A stretch of DNA of 64,000 nt from an uncultured Spirochaetales bacterium (GCA_964384485.1 CAYLLE010000002.1:5825-69824), one strand, 5' to 3'; shown: positions 26,289 through 35,751, counted from the first letter of the stretch. Numbers and translations: made by a program. The notes: generated from the letters alone by a model not told the origin.

Positions 26289-27440
26289 ATGGCAAGAGTA
26301 TTTGGAACAGCTGAATTGGAAAACTTAAAAAAAGTTCTCAATTCCGGAATGATCGGATGGAATGAAGACGGAATGGTCACGGCATTTGAAAAGGCCTTCG
26401 CGGTCAGAACCGGAAGCGCCTACGCTGTGGGAAGAAACTCAGCCATGACCGCTCTTTCTCAGGCCGTGAGTATTTCAGGCGCGGGAACCGGCACGGAAGT
26501 ACTCGTGGATCCCATCGTGCATTTCGGCGGATTGGCAGCCCTTTCGTTCAATTCGGTTCCCCGGTTTGTGGATGTGGATCCGGAAACCTATCTGATGGAT
26601 CCTGATTCCGTTGAAGCCAACATAACGGAGAATACCCGCGCGTTAATCGTGACAAATCTATGGGGACTGAGCGCTTCCCTTGACCGCATTCAAGAGATAT
26701 GCCGGAAGAACAATATATTTATGATCGAAGACTGTGCCCATTCCCTTGGAAGCTGGTGGAAGGGAAAACATTCCGGAACTTTCGGTGATCTGGGCATTTT
26801 CAGCTTTCAGCAGACAAAACAGCTTACTACCGGTGACGGAGGCATGATGATCACGGACCGGGAAGATCTGCATCATAAACTCTACAACGAATGGGCATTC
26901 GGCGGAGAATCCCCGGCGTTTATGACCCTGAATTTCAGAATGAACGAACTTACCGCTGCTGTGGGTTTAGGGCAGCTGGACCGGGTAGACGCCTACCTGA
27001 AGGATTATAAGGAGAACCTGAATATTCTGAACGAAGCCGTAGCGGACTGTACATGGCTTTCAAACCGGAGAGTACCGGCGGAAGCTGAACAGGCCGGGTA
27101 TGTCTGGTGCTGTAAATGGATTGGGGACAAGGAGGGCCTGGATTTTGCGGATTTTAAGCGGAACTGTGAGGAGGAAGGTCTTTCCCTGCGCTTCGGGTTC
27201 ACGCAGCAGCCGGCATATCACTACGATATATTCAAGGTTTCCACCGCGTACCATCAGGATCGGTGTCCGGTCCGCTGCCCTTTTTATAAAAGTGATTACC
27301 ATTACAGTCCGGAGCTCTGTCCGAACGCGGAAGATCTTATCTGGAGGATGATTGATACCCCGGTAATGGAGATTCCCCGCGAGGAAATTGAAAAGAAGGC
27401 GGAAACGCTGCGGAGAGTCATTCGGAAAACCGGCAGATAG
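26289..27440 (+). CDS. DegT/DnrJ/EryC1/StrS-family PLP-dependent aminotransferase
   Basis: 383 aa. IEDCAHSLGS and FSFQQTKQLTTGDGGMMIT (PLP-lysine context), typical of sugar aminotransferases/dehydratases. Confidence 0.85.
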   Translation: MARVFGTAELENLKKVLNSGMIGWNEDGMVTAFEKAFAVRTGSAYAVGRNSAMTALSQAVSISGAGTGTEVLVDPIVHFGGLAALSFNSVPRFVDVDPETYLMDPDSVEANITENTRALIVTNLWGLSASLDRIQEICRKNNIFMIEDCAHSLGSWWKGKHSGTFGDLGIFSFQQTKQLTTGDGGMMITDREDLHHKLYNEWAFGGESPAFMTLNFRMNELTAAVGLGQLDRVDAYLKDYKENLNILNEAVADCTWLSNRRVPAEAEQAGYVWCCKWIGDKEGLDFADFKRNCEEEGLSLRFGFTQQPAYHYDIFKVSTAYHQDRCPVRCPFYKSDYHYSPELCPNAEDLIWRMIDTPVMEIPREEIEKKAETLRRVIRKTGR

Positions 27441-27509
27441 AGATCCCCCGGCGGTATATTTTACCGCGGCCTACTTGTCGAAAGGCTAGGAATTTGGCAG
27501 ATTGTAGGG

Positions 27510-29441
27510 GTGAACAAAAATAATCAAAAAAATAATAAAATTACCGGCAGACTGACGGTCAACGCCCGGGGTTTCGGATTTGTGGAAGTCCCCGACGGGA
27601 ACGATCTTTTTATTCCCTTCGATTTTCTGGATACCGGAATGAACGGCGACCTAGTGGAAGCCGAGGTGGTGAGGAAAGTAAAAGGAAAGAATCCGGTAGG
27701 CCGGATCACCGGCATAAAAAAGCGGTACAGGACCCAAATTGTCGGAATCTATAAACGGAGCGGTAAAGGCGGAACGGTTACCCCTGAAAATGAACGGCTG
27801 CGGCGGGAGATAACTATTCCCGCGGGTAAATTCCGGGGTAAGGACGGCACCGCGCCTTCCGACGGAGAAGCGGTCCTTGTGGAGCTTGAGAACTGGGATG
27901 ATCCGAAGGAAAATCCCCGCGGCCGGATTCTCGAGGTTATCGGTTCTCCTGAGAAGCCTGAGACCGACGTCAGGCTGATAACCCGCCGGAACGGAATAAA
28001 AACGGAGTTTCCACCGGAAGTGCTTAAACAGGCGGCTGAAATAAAAAAACCCCGGATAAAGGATGAACTCAAACGGAGGGAAGACCTTCGGAAATGGGAC
28101 TGCATCACTATAGATCCCGAGAAAGCGAAAGATTTTGATGACGCGGTATCCCTGGAGCAGCTCAAAAACGGGTTATTCCGGCTGGGGGTACATATTGCTG
28201 ATGTCAGCTTCTATGTCCCCGAAGGCACCCCCCTGGATCAGAGCGGGTATGAGCGGGGTACGTCTGTATACCTGGTCAAGGATGTCATCCCCATGCTGCC
28301 GGAAAATCTGTCAAACAATATCTGCAGTCTCCGCCCCGGTGAGGACCGGCTCGCTTTTTCGGTAATAATGGACCTGGATTCTCTGGGTATCGTGCGGAAG
28401 TACAGGATTACCGAATCGGTTATCCGGAGCAAACACCGCTATACTTATGAAGAGGTGGAAAAAGTTTTAAACGGCGGAAAGGATAAGAGGGCGAAAATCC
28501 TGCACAGCATGATGATGCTGAGTACGATTCTCCGGCGGCGCCGGGAAGAGGACGGAAGTATCGATTTTGATATATCCGAACCGGTGATATCCCTGGATCA
28601 GCACGGCATACCCTTTGAAGTACGGCCGAAGGAGCGGCTGAACGCCCACCGCCTTATTGAAGAATTTATGCTGACCGCGAATGTCACCGTTGCCCGTCAC
28701 ATCCTCGAGAAAAAGGGGAATTATCCGTTTATTTACCGGGTACATAAGCAGCCTGAAAAGGAGGATATGCAGTCTTTTCTTGAACTTTTGGAACGTCTCG
28801 GGATAGCATACCGGATCACCGGGCAGCTTGAACCCGAGGATTACCGGAAGCTACTGGACATCATCGAGAACCTGGAGTTCCGGGATTTTGTGGAAAAGGT
28901 TGCCCTCAGGTCCATGACAAAAGCGGTCTATTCCACCGAAAACAAGGGGCATTTCGGGTTGGCATTTGACGGATATACCCATTTTACCTCGCCAATCCGG
29001 AGATACGCCGATCTGGCGGTGCACCGTTTGTTGAAAAAGTACGCGGCCCATGGAAACCCCGGAAAACCGGAAAAAATAAAACAAAACCTCCAGGACATCT
29101 GTGCCTCCTGCAACGAGGCTGAACTGCGGTCGGTAGAAGCGGAACGGGAGTTTACCCGGCTTAAATCCCTCGAGTTCTTGACCGGAAAAACCGGGGAAGA
29201 GTTTGACGGCATTATATCCGGTGTTACCGAATTCGGGCTGTTTGTGGAACTTACCCATTTTCTGATTGAAGGACTGATCCATGTCTCCGAATTAGGGGAT
29301 GATTTTTACGAATATGACCGGGAAAATTATCAGCTTTTGGGAAAAGAAACCGGAAAGACATATCGGCTGGGTGACCGGGTCCGGGTCCGCATCAAAACCA
29401 TTAACTTGAAGGAACGGAAGGCCGATTTCGACCTGATCTAG
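27510..29441 (+). CDS. rnr: ribonuclease R
   Basis: 643 aa (GTG start). Cold-shock-like N-terminus (GRLTVNARGFGFVEV), RNB domain (TIDPEKAKDFDDAVS; HFGLAFDGYTHFTSPIRRYADLAVHR), C-terminal S1 domain (GIISGVTEFGLFVEL). Confidence 0.92.
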   Translation: MNKNNQKNNKITGRLTVNARGFGFVEVPDGNDLFIPFDFLDTGMNGDLVEAEVVRKVKGKNPVGRITGIKKRYRTQIVGIYKRSGKGGTVTPENERLRREITIPAGKFRGKDGTAPSDGEAVLVELENWDDPKENPRGRILEVIGSPEKPETDVRLITRRNGIKTEFPPEVLKQAAEIKKPRIKDELKRREDLRKWDCITIDPEKAKDFDDAVSLEQLKNGLFRLGVHIADVSFYVPEGTPLDQSGYERGTSVYLVKDVIPMLPENLSNNICSLRPGEDRLAFSVIMDLDSLGIVRKYRITESVIRSKHRYTYEEVEKVLNGGKDKRAKILHSMMMLSTILRRRREEDGSIDFDISEPVISLDQHGIPFEVRPKERLNAHRLIEEFMLTANVTVARHILEKKGNYPFIYRVHKQPEKEDMQSFLELLERLGIAYRITGQLEPEDYRKLLDIIENLEFRDFVEKVALRSMTKAVYSTENKGHFGLAFDGYTHFTSPIRRYADLAVHRLLKKYAAHGNPGKPEKIKQNLQDICASCNEAELRSVEAEREFTRLKSLEFLTGKTGEEFDGIISGVTEFGLFVELTHFLIEGLIHVSELGDDFYEYDRENYQLLGKETGKTYRLGDRVRVRIKTINLKERKADFDLI

Positions 29442-30486
29442 AAACCATAACGGTTTGCCCCCCCGACTCCCATGACCTGACCGCGGCGGCTCCGGGCAGT
29501 GAGAAATCCATGGACCGGCTAAAGGTGAGGGGAAAGCTGCCGTCCGCGGTTAACCCGTCGATTACCGAATCCATCATCGCTTCAGTCTCGCTTCTGCCGT
29601 CGTCCCGGTCCGCAAAAGGAACGGTTTCCCTCCGCCAGCCCGTTTCCCCGGAAAAGCGGTCCGAATAGTAGGTCAAAACGGTGGTTCCCCGGTTTTCCAG
29701 GATGGCGGTCCCCTCCGTTCCGACCAGTTTATAGGCAAAGGAGAAAGGATGCGCCGCGGTGAAGCCCGCTGTAAGGCGTATCAGGTTGTTTTTTTCGGTG
29801 CCGAACACGGCCGTCTGGAGATCAGGTACCTCCAGGTCAGGAACTGTTCTGCCGAAGATGCCCCGGCATTCCGCCCAGGTGATCCGGTCGTCCATGAGGG
29901 TAAGTATGGGACCCGCAAGATGGCTTGTATAGAGGATCGGAGGAAGACTCTCCGCGCGCCAGCTTTTCCGTGCCCCCGGGTGTACGGACCGGTCCCGGTA
30001 GGGAATGTATCCGTCCTCTGTTTGAAGCATCAGGTCTCTTAGATCGTGCAGATAACTTCCTTCAGCATAATATATCTCGCCCAATAGTCCCTGTTCTTTC
30101 ATGCTGGTTAAACGCTCGAAATACCCCATCCAGAGGTAATTTTCCGCAAGCATGAACCGGGCGCTTCCTTTTTTCGCGGCTTCCGCGACGGCATCCGCTT
30201 CCTCCGGAGAATAAACAGCCGGTGTTTCGCAGAGTACATGGATACCCGCTTCAAGCGCTGCTTGGGCCTGGGAGGCATGGAGCGGCCCCGGCGTCGCGAG
30301 TATAATTAGATCCAGGCCTGACTGGAGAAACCTTCGGAATTCCGTGAAGGTCTGATAATTCCGGTAGGGCTCGAGTTCGGAAGAACGAGCCGCGCAGATC
30401 GAAATAATTTCGGCATTTTTGTTTTTTTCAATTGCCGGAACATATGCTGCTCCTCTTCCCGTTCCTGCAATTCCGCATCGTATCAC
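29401..30486 (-). CDS. Gfo/Idh/MocA-family oxidoreductase (start uncertain)
   Basis: The track ORF reaches 30660 but would overlap the AraC gene by 167 nt. Rossmann-like sequence begins at ..IVVIRCGIAGTGRGAAY, so I use GTG 30486. Central CETPAVYSPEEADAV. The 3' end overlaps rnr convergently by 41 nt. Confidence 0.65.
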   Translation of the reverse strand: MIRCGIAGTGRGAAYVPAIEKNKNAEIISICAARSSELEPYRNYQTFTEFRRFLQSGLDLIILATPGPLHASQAQAALEAGIHVLCETPAVYSPEEADAVAEAAKKGSARFMLAENYLWMGYFERLTSMKEQGLLGEIYYAEGSYLHDLRDLMLQTEDGYIPYRDRSVHPGARKSWRAESLPPILYTSHLAGPILTLMDDRITWAECRGIFGRTVPDLEVPDLQTAVFGTEKNNLIRLTAGFTAAHPFSFAYKLVGTEGTAILENRGTTVLTYYSDRFSGETGWRRETVPFADRDDGRSETEAMMDSVIDGLTADGSFPLTFSRSMDFSLPGAAAVRSWESGGQTVMVSRSGRNRPSVPSS

Positions 30487-30493
30487 AACAATA

Positions 30494-31426
30494 TCATACC
30501 GTGTCCGGCCCGTCGGAATCTTTGGAAAGGGATGTTTTTTCTTTGTTTTTTCTTGTCCCTGAAAGCTTGGTTCGGCGGTAGGCTCCCGGGGGGAGGAGAA
30601 AATGTTTTTTAAAAACCTTTGTAAAATAATAGATATCGCCGTAGCCCGTACGTCTTGCAATTTCTTTCAGGGGAATTTCCGGATCCTCCAAAAGCTCAAC
30701 GGCTGCTTTCATTCTTACGGATAACAGGTTTTCGCTGAATGTGGTACCGGTGTAATTGGAAAAAACATGGGATAAGTAGAAGGAGCTGACTCCGCATTGA
30801 GCTGCAGTCTCCTCAAGGGTCACTGTTTCGTGAAAGTGTTTTTTGATGTAATCCGTGCACCCCTCAACGATGCGGCGCATCGCGGCTGCTCCTGGTGTCG
30901 CATCCCTCTTGGGAGGATTTATGCCGGACAGGCGGATACACCTGATCAGGAATACGGTTAGAAGCGCGTCCGCCATATTTCTGGCACCCACCTGAAGTTC
31001 GCGGTTTTCTAAAGCGATGTCCGAAAGGATGTCCTTGAGTTCCCAGCGGTTGGAATCCTTCAGTGAATAGAGGTTTTCCGGTGTTATTCTGCCGAACTCT
31101 CCCGTTAGGGAGTTCGGCGAAAAATGAACGGCCCCTCCCTTCAGAAACTGTTTCTCCGTCAGGATGGTCCGGTGTTGTTCTTCCGGCCGGAAGAGGAGGA
31201 TTGATCCCGGTTCAGCTTTAAACGGCCGGCCCTCTATCTTTACTGTTCCGGATCCCGAATCAACGTAGAATATTTCGGTATATGGATGTACCGGCCAGTC
31301 CTGGTCCATCGGGCCTTCCAGATTCACCGGCAGACTGAAATGCAGCCGCGGGGGTTCGGCTCCAAGACCCAGTTCGGAACGGCTGAGACGGATTATTTCT
31401 ATATCAATCGGATCTTCCGTCCGCAT
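30494..31426 (-). CDS. AraC-family transcriptional regulator (cupin sensor + HTH)
   Basis: 310 aa. N-terminal cupin-like YVDSGSGTVKIEGRPFKAEPGSILLFRPEEQH. C-terminal AraC HTH (VSSFYLSHVFSNYTG..., LKEIARRTGYGDIYYFTKVFKKHF). Confidence 0.85.
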   Translation of the reverse strand: MRTEDPIDIEIIRLSRSELGLGAEPPRLHFSLPVNLEGPMDQDWPVHPYTEIFYVDSGSGTVKIEGRPFKAEPGSILLFRPEEQHRTILTEKQFLKGGAVHFSPNSLTGEFGRITPENLYSLKDSNRWELKDILSDIALENRELQVGARNMADALLTVFLIRCIRLSGINPPKRDATPGAAAMRRIVEGCTDYIKKHFHETVTLEETAAQCGVSSFYLSHVFSNYTGTTFSENLLSVRMKAAVELLEDPEIPLKEIARRTGYGDIYYFTKVFKKHFLLPPGAYRRTKLSGTRKNKEKTSLSKDSDGPDTV

Positions 31427-31441
31427 TTCTGCCGGTTATTG

Positions 31442-32068
31442 CTACGGGAGGGTCCGGAAAATCCGGTCCCAAAAATTTCCCGTCACTCCGAACCGTTTAT
31501 CAGGAGTTGAACCGTGGTGGATCATGTGATTTTTCCTGACCCGGAACATGTATCCTTTTTTTATTTTAATATGGTGCAGAGAATAATGGGTCATGTCGTA
31601 GATGATGTAGCCGAGGACAAACCCGCTTCCCACCGGAAACATCAGATACATGGCGGAAAATATCAATCCAAAAACAATATAGAAAACCAGAAAGAACAGC
31701 GCCCCCAGGGGGATACTCACCGCGGGAGGCATTACAAGCCGTGTTTTCTCCATCGGCTGAGCGTGATGCACGCCGTGAAACAGGAAAGAAATACGTTTTC
31801 CCCGTTCCGTCTTCGGGTGAAAATGAAAAATGAACCGGTGCAGCAGATACTCTATCAATGTCCAGAAGAAGAGGCCCCCTGCTCCGAGGGGAATAATCAG
31901 CAGCGGATGTACATCCGCCGGCCAGAACCGTCCTGAAAAATATCCGAACACGAACAGGATAGGGAGCCAGACGGCCAGAATAACTGCCGGATGAATATGG
32001 GAAAAAAATTCAAGAAAATCAGAATCAAAGAGTCTGATCGGTTCGTTTCGTTTTGCCTGTTCACTCAT
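31442..32068 (-). CDS. fatty acid hydroxylase / sterol desaturase superfamily membrane protein
   Basis: I prefer ATG 32068 (GGAGG upstream) over the track start 32125. His boxes HRFIFHFH, FHGVHH, HYSLHH and MIHH lie among 4 hydrophobic helices. Confidence 0.8.
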   Translation of the reverse strand: MSEQAKRNEPIRLFDSDFLEFFSHIHPAVILAVWLPILFVFGYFSGRFWPADVHPLLIIPLGAGGLFFWTLIEYLLHRFIFHFHPKTERGKRISFLFHGVHHAQPMEKTRLVMPPAVSIPLGALFFLVFYIVFGLIFSAMYLMFPVGSGFVLGYIIYDMTHYSLHHIKIKKGYMFRVRKNHMIHHGSTPDKRFGVTGNFWDRIFRTLP

Positions 32069-32196
32069 TGTGACCTCCACAGGAAGGGTATCACGGAGTT
32101 TCGCCCCCTGCAAGCCGGCAATCAAATGAACTTGACACCCCCTTGTCTTTATTCTAGTATTCTTAAAATCATCTAAGAAAAAAGGAGCTGCTGTAT

Positions 32197-33213
32197 ATGG
32201 CGCGTCAAGAAAAGGTTAGGGTAGGTATAGTAGGAACCGGCGGAATGTGCAATTCGGTGCATCTTCCTTCTCTCAAAGAGATGGAGGACGTGGAAGTTGT
32301 TGCCTTGTGTGATTTAGTGCGGGAGCGTCTTCAAAATACCGCGGAAAAGTTCGGGATTGATAAAACATACCAGAGCTATCATGAAATGTTCGCGGAGGAG
32401 AAGCTTGACGCGGTGTTCTGTTTGGTGGAACCTTCTAACCTGTACCATATAGTTCTTGCCAGTCTTGATGCAGGGTATCACACCTTTTCCGAAAAACCTC
32501 CCGGAATTACCCGTTTTCAGGCTGAAGGGATGCTGAGGAAATCCGAAGAAACCGGGAAGACGGTTATGGTCGGATTTAACCGCCGCTATATTCCGCTGGT
32601 ACGGGAAATCAAGAGACGGTTTGACGAGGCGGTCCGGGTTACCCAGGTTGAAGGATGCTTTTATAAATTCGGAACCGGTTCTTTCGATAAAGGCGGCCTC
32701 CCCGCGTTTGAATCAGACACGATCCACGCGGTCGATCTGGTGCGGTGGATGGCGGGGGGTGTTCCCGTTGAGGCAAAGACCATGACCGCTTCTTACGATG
32801 AGCCCTTTCCGAACGCCTGGAATTCGGTAACCAAATTCGATAACGGCGCTATCGGAATCGTTAAAGCCAATTACCGGACCGGCGGCAGGGTACACCGTTT
32901 CGAGATTCATGGTCCCGGAATGAGTGCCTATATAAATCTCGGAATGGGCGGACCCCAATGCCAGGGGATACTTCTCAAACATGACGGAAGCCAGCAGTAT
33001 AGTCTTTCCGCCGGCGCCGCGGGGGGAGAAAGTGATACCTATCTGGATGGAACCGCACTGGCCGGGAGCGACCAGTTTCACCGGTATTACGGCTTCTATT
33101 TCGAAGACCGTCATTTCATCGATTGCGTTAAAAACGGGACGAAGCCGGAGACTTCAATCGAAGACGCGGTAAAGTCTTTTAGATATGTTGATTTAATACT
33201 GCAGGGGATCTGA
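32197..33213 (+). CDS. Gfo/Idh/MocA-family oxidoreductase
   Basis: 338 aa. VRVGIVGTGGMCNSVHLPSL Rossmann N-terminus, the FSEKPPG motif, and AGGAG upstream of the ATG. Confidence 0.85.
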   Translation: MARQEKVRVGIVGTGGMCNSVHLPSLKEMEDVEVVALCDLVRERLQNTAEKFGIDKTYQSYHEMFAEEKLDAVFCLVEPSNLYHIVLASLDAGYHTFSEKPPGITRFQAEGMLRKSEETGKTVMVGFNRRYIPLVREIKRRFDEAVRVTQVEGCFYKFGTGSFDKGGLPAFESDTIHAVDLVRWMAGGVPVEAKTMTASYDEPFPNAWNSVTKFDNGAIGIVKANYRTGGRVHRFEIHGPGMSAYINLGMGGPQCQGILLKHDGSQQYSLSAGAAGGESDTYLDGTALAGSDQFHRYYGFYFEDRHFIDCVKNGTKPETSIEDAVKSFRYVDLILQGI

Positions 33214-33719
33214 TGAATCCGGCCCCCGTCCAGTCATTGTTATCCCGGCCGGTACACACCCCGGTTACGCTGGTTCCTTACGAAGAACCCGCGGAGCCTG
33301 CCGGTCCGGAATCAGGACGAAGATGGCTTAACGAGGTGCTTTCCTGCGGATACAGTTCTCTCGGCGGGGCGGACACAGGAGTTTTGAAAAGCGTTCTGAC
33401 GGTTGATCTTGATCCGGATATGCTCCTGGAATCCCCGGAAGGTGCCGCGGTAATCTTCCCGGCAGAGATTTACCAGGCGGTTTTCGGAAAGAAAATTCCT
33501 GAACTCAATGAGAACACAGTCCCCGGAGACATTTCATCCAGAGATGAAATAACTCTCAAGGAGCTTGAAAACGCTTCTAAGGCGGTAAAAAAAACCGGTC
33601 AGAACGGTTCCGCGTTAGATATGATAATGGAAGAAAGGGGAGAGGACCATTACCGGGAATGGCATGGGTATCTTAGAGAATTACAGGAGGATCTTCTCGC
33701 GGAGTCGTCTAAGCCATGA
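33213..33719 (+). CDS. hypothetical acidic protein
   Basis: 168-aa ORF. Its ATG overlaps the upstream stop (TGATG at 33211-33215). No recognisable family. Confidence 0.5.
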   Translation: MNPAPVQSLLSRPVHTPVTLVPYEEPAEPAGPESGRRWLNEVLSCGYSSLGGADTGVLKSVLTVDLDPDMLLESPEGAAVIFPAEIYQAVFGKKIPELNENTVPGDISSRDEITLKELENASKAVKKTGQNGSALDMIMEERGEDHYREWHGYLRELQEDLLAESSKP

Positions 33720-33865
33720 GACTTTTCACGTTCTTTCTTTTTCTGATGCTGCTGCCCGTTCTTCCGGCTTCGGCAGCCGATCTTTTGGCAGCCGACAGCA
33801 CTGCCGCGCTATACCGCTGCGGTTGTCCGGATCTTGATCGAGTGATCGCATTATGGACCCGGTGA
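33716..33865 (+). CDS. candidate 49-aa secreted peptide
   Basis: Below the track's size cutoff. ATG 33716 overlaps the upstream stop (ATGA). It translates to MRLFTFFLFLMLLPVLPASAADLLAADSTAALYRCGCPDLDRVIALWTR. This is a textbook Sec signal (R2, hydrophobic core, ASA-A cleavage site) with a roughly 28-aa mature part containing CGC. Confidence 0.35.
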   Translation: MRLFTFFLFLMLLPVLPASAADLLAADSTAALYRCGCPDLDRVIALWTR

Positions 33866-33896
33866 CTTCTGTATAAGGAATTCTCTAAGAAAACAG

Positions 33897-33924
33897 TTTA
33901 CTTCCGGTAGATATATGTTACAAT
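33897..33924 (+). promoter_or_regulatory. candidate promoter of the oxidoreductase operon (TTTACT-N16-TACAAT with a TGn extended -10)
   Basis: TTTACT at 33897-33902, TGT at 33916-33918, TACAAT at 33919-33924. The -10 ends only 9 nt before ATG 33934 and there is no SD, so the transcript would be nearly leaderless. Confidence 0.35.
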
Positions 33925-33933
33925 AATAGAGTT

Positions 33934-34470
33934 ATGGAACTACAAAAGCGGGAAATACCCCTGCGATTCTTGGAAGCAATGCCTGAAGGCATTAAGCTTG
34001 TTAAACGGCACGGCCATCAATATCTGGTTGTCGAAGAGGTATCTGACCAATCCGGACATAGTTTAATTAATCACACCGTGAATATTCACGGTGAACCCTC
34101 ACTCAAGATGGAAATCGAAATCGGCGGGAGCCGGGGCTTGATTTTCGTGGATGCCTATTGGGGGAGCCACGCGAAGCTGTTTAGTTTTCTTCCCCCCAGA
34201 CAGGGGGAAGGCGAGATGGTGAGCGCCTATTCTCCGGAAACGGGTGAATCCCTGATGGCGGAATGGAGCTGCGGAGAACCGGGATGCGGAAGCAGCCGGG
34301 GTATCAGACTCCTTCTTCCCGGCGGAAAAAACTACATATATGTCTGTGCCAGACTGGGATGTCCCGGTCATGAAATGGCGGTGAATCAGCTCTCTCATGA
34401 AATCACGACCCAGATATCCAGGATCAATTATTTCGGCGCGGGGGATGATGAAATTTTTCAGGGGATTTAA
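33934..34470 (+). CDS. hypothetical Cys/His-rich protein, first gene of the 2-oxoacid:ferredoxin oxidoreductase operon
   Basis: 178-aa ORF. Possible metal-binding pairs CGEPGC (x20) CARLGCPGH. The stop overlaps the ferredoxin ATG (TAATG at 34468-34472). No family recognised. Confidence 0.6.
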   Translation: MELQKREIPLRFLEAMPEGIKLVKRHGHQYLVVEEVSDQSGHSLINHTVNIHGEPSLKMEIEIGGSRGLIFVDAYWGSHAKLFSFLPPRQGEGEMVSAYSPETGESLMAEWSCGEPGCGSSRGIRLLLPGGKNYIYVCARLGCPGHEMAVNQLSHEITTQISRINYFGAGDDEIFQGI

Positions 34471-34718
34471 TGGATAATAATCAAAGAAAAAACCGGGTCG
34501 AAATTGATCCGTCTCAGTGCAAGGGCTGCAGGCTCTGCATAGAAATATGTCCAAAAAAATGTCTTGCCCTCTCTGCGGGTATCAATGCTCTCGGCTACCA
34601 GTATGCCGAATTCAGGGAAGAGCACTGTACCGCTTGCGGTCTTTGTTACTACGTGTGTCCGGAACCCGGAGCGGTAACTGTACATACGGGTGACAAGGGG
34701 GGGAATGAAAATGGCTAA
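34470..34718 (+). CDS. 2x[4Fe-4S] ferredoxin (delta subunit of 2-oxoacid:ferredoxin oxidoreductase)
   Basis: 82 aa. CKGCRLCIEICP and CTACGLCYYVCP. Confidence 0.88.
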   Translation: MDNNQRKNRVEIDPSQCKGCRLCIEICPKKCLALSAGINALGYQYAEFREEHCTACGLCYYVCPEPGAVTVHTGDKGGNENG

Positions 34719-35751
34719 AAAACTGATGAAAGGAAACGAAGCTGTCGTTTTCGGATCCCTTCTTGGCGGTGCAACCCATTTCTTCGGTTATCCCATTACT
34801 CCGGCGTCCGAGGTGGCTCATACAGCGGCGCTCCAGTTTACAAGATCCGGCCGCACTTTTCTGCAGGCCGAGTCCGAAGTTGCCTCAATCAACATGGTAT
34901 ACGGAGCTTCCGCGGCAGGATCCCGGGTAATGACCGCGTCTTCAGGTCCCGGGATAGCCCTGATGGCGGAGGGGATATCCTACTTAGCCGGCGCTGAACT
35001 GCCCGCCCTAATCGTTGACATCCAGCGGGCCGGTCCGGGACTTGGAAATATCTGGCCGGAACAGGGAGACTACAACATGGTGGTGAAGGGGGGCGGTCAC
35101 GGCAATTACCGGAACATCGTTTTTGCTCCCAATTCATGTCAGGAAATGGCTGATTTTGCCTACCGGGCGTTTGAAATTGCCGACCACTACAGGATGACTG
35201 TTTTTATCCTGTCCGACGCCTATATCGGGCAGATGATGGAACAAGTGGATTTCCCCAGGGAGGTCAAAACAGACACCCGGAAAGACTGGGCTGTCTATGC
35301 GGACCAGGATTCCCGGAAAAACTGCATCACTTCTATCTATATGAACGCGCAGATACAGAGTCAGCACAATATAAATCTCCAGGAAAAATACAGCATCCTG
35401 GAACAGGAACTGACGGAATGGGAGGAGCTTTATACGGAAGACGCGGAAGTACTGGTTGTTGCGTACGGAATCACATCCCGGATTGTCCGTACGGCGGTAG
35501 AAGCTCTCCGGGAGGAGGGAATAGCCGCGGGATTGTTCCGGCCAAAGACCCTTTATCCTTTTCCGGTCATACCCCTGCGGAAAGTCGCGGCCCGTGTAAA
35601 GAAAGTTGTCTGCTGTGAGCTTTCCAACGGTCAGCTGGCGGATGATCTCGATGGTATGCTTAAAAACCACACCGTAATCCGTTACAACTGGTACGGCGGA
35701 ATCGTGCCTCAGACTCAAGAGATTATTGACCGTCTCAAGGGAGACTTATAA
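34711..35751 (+). CDS. 2-oxoacid:ferredoxin oxidoreductase alpha subunit (Vor/Kor type)
   Basis: MAKKLMKGNEAVVFGSLLGGATHFFGYPITPASEV is a typical alpha N-terminus. ATG 34711 lies 7 nt after a G-rich SD. The track start at 34690 is less likely. Confidence 0.88.
   Translation: MAKKLMKGNEAVVFGSLLGGATHFFGYPITPASEVAHTAALQFTRSGRTFLQAESEVASINMVYGASAAGSRVMTASSGPGIALMAEGISYLAGAELPALIVDIQRAGPGLGNIWPEQGDYNMVVKGGGHGNYRNIVFAPNSCQEMADFAYRAFEIADHYRMTVFILSDAYIGQMMEQVDFPREVKTDTRKDWAVYADQDSRKNCITSIYMNAQIQSQHNINLQEKYSILEQELTEWEELYTEDAEVLVVAYGITSRIVRTAVEALREEGIAAGLFRPKTLYPFPVIPLRKVAARVKKVVCCELSNGQLADDLDGMLKNHTVIRYNWYGGIVPQTQEIIDRLKGDL

Noticed and set aside
29401-30660. Full 419-aa version of the Gfo-family ORF.
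   Set aside because: The first 58 codons overlap the AraC gene by 167 nt and precede the Rossmann N-terminus. A GTG at 30486 gives a normal architecture, although it lacks a good SD.
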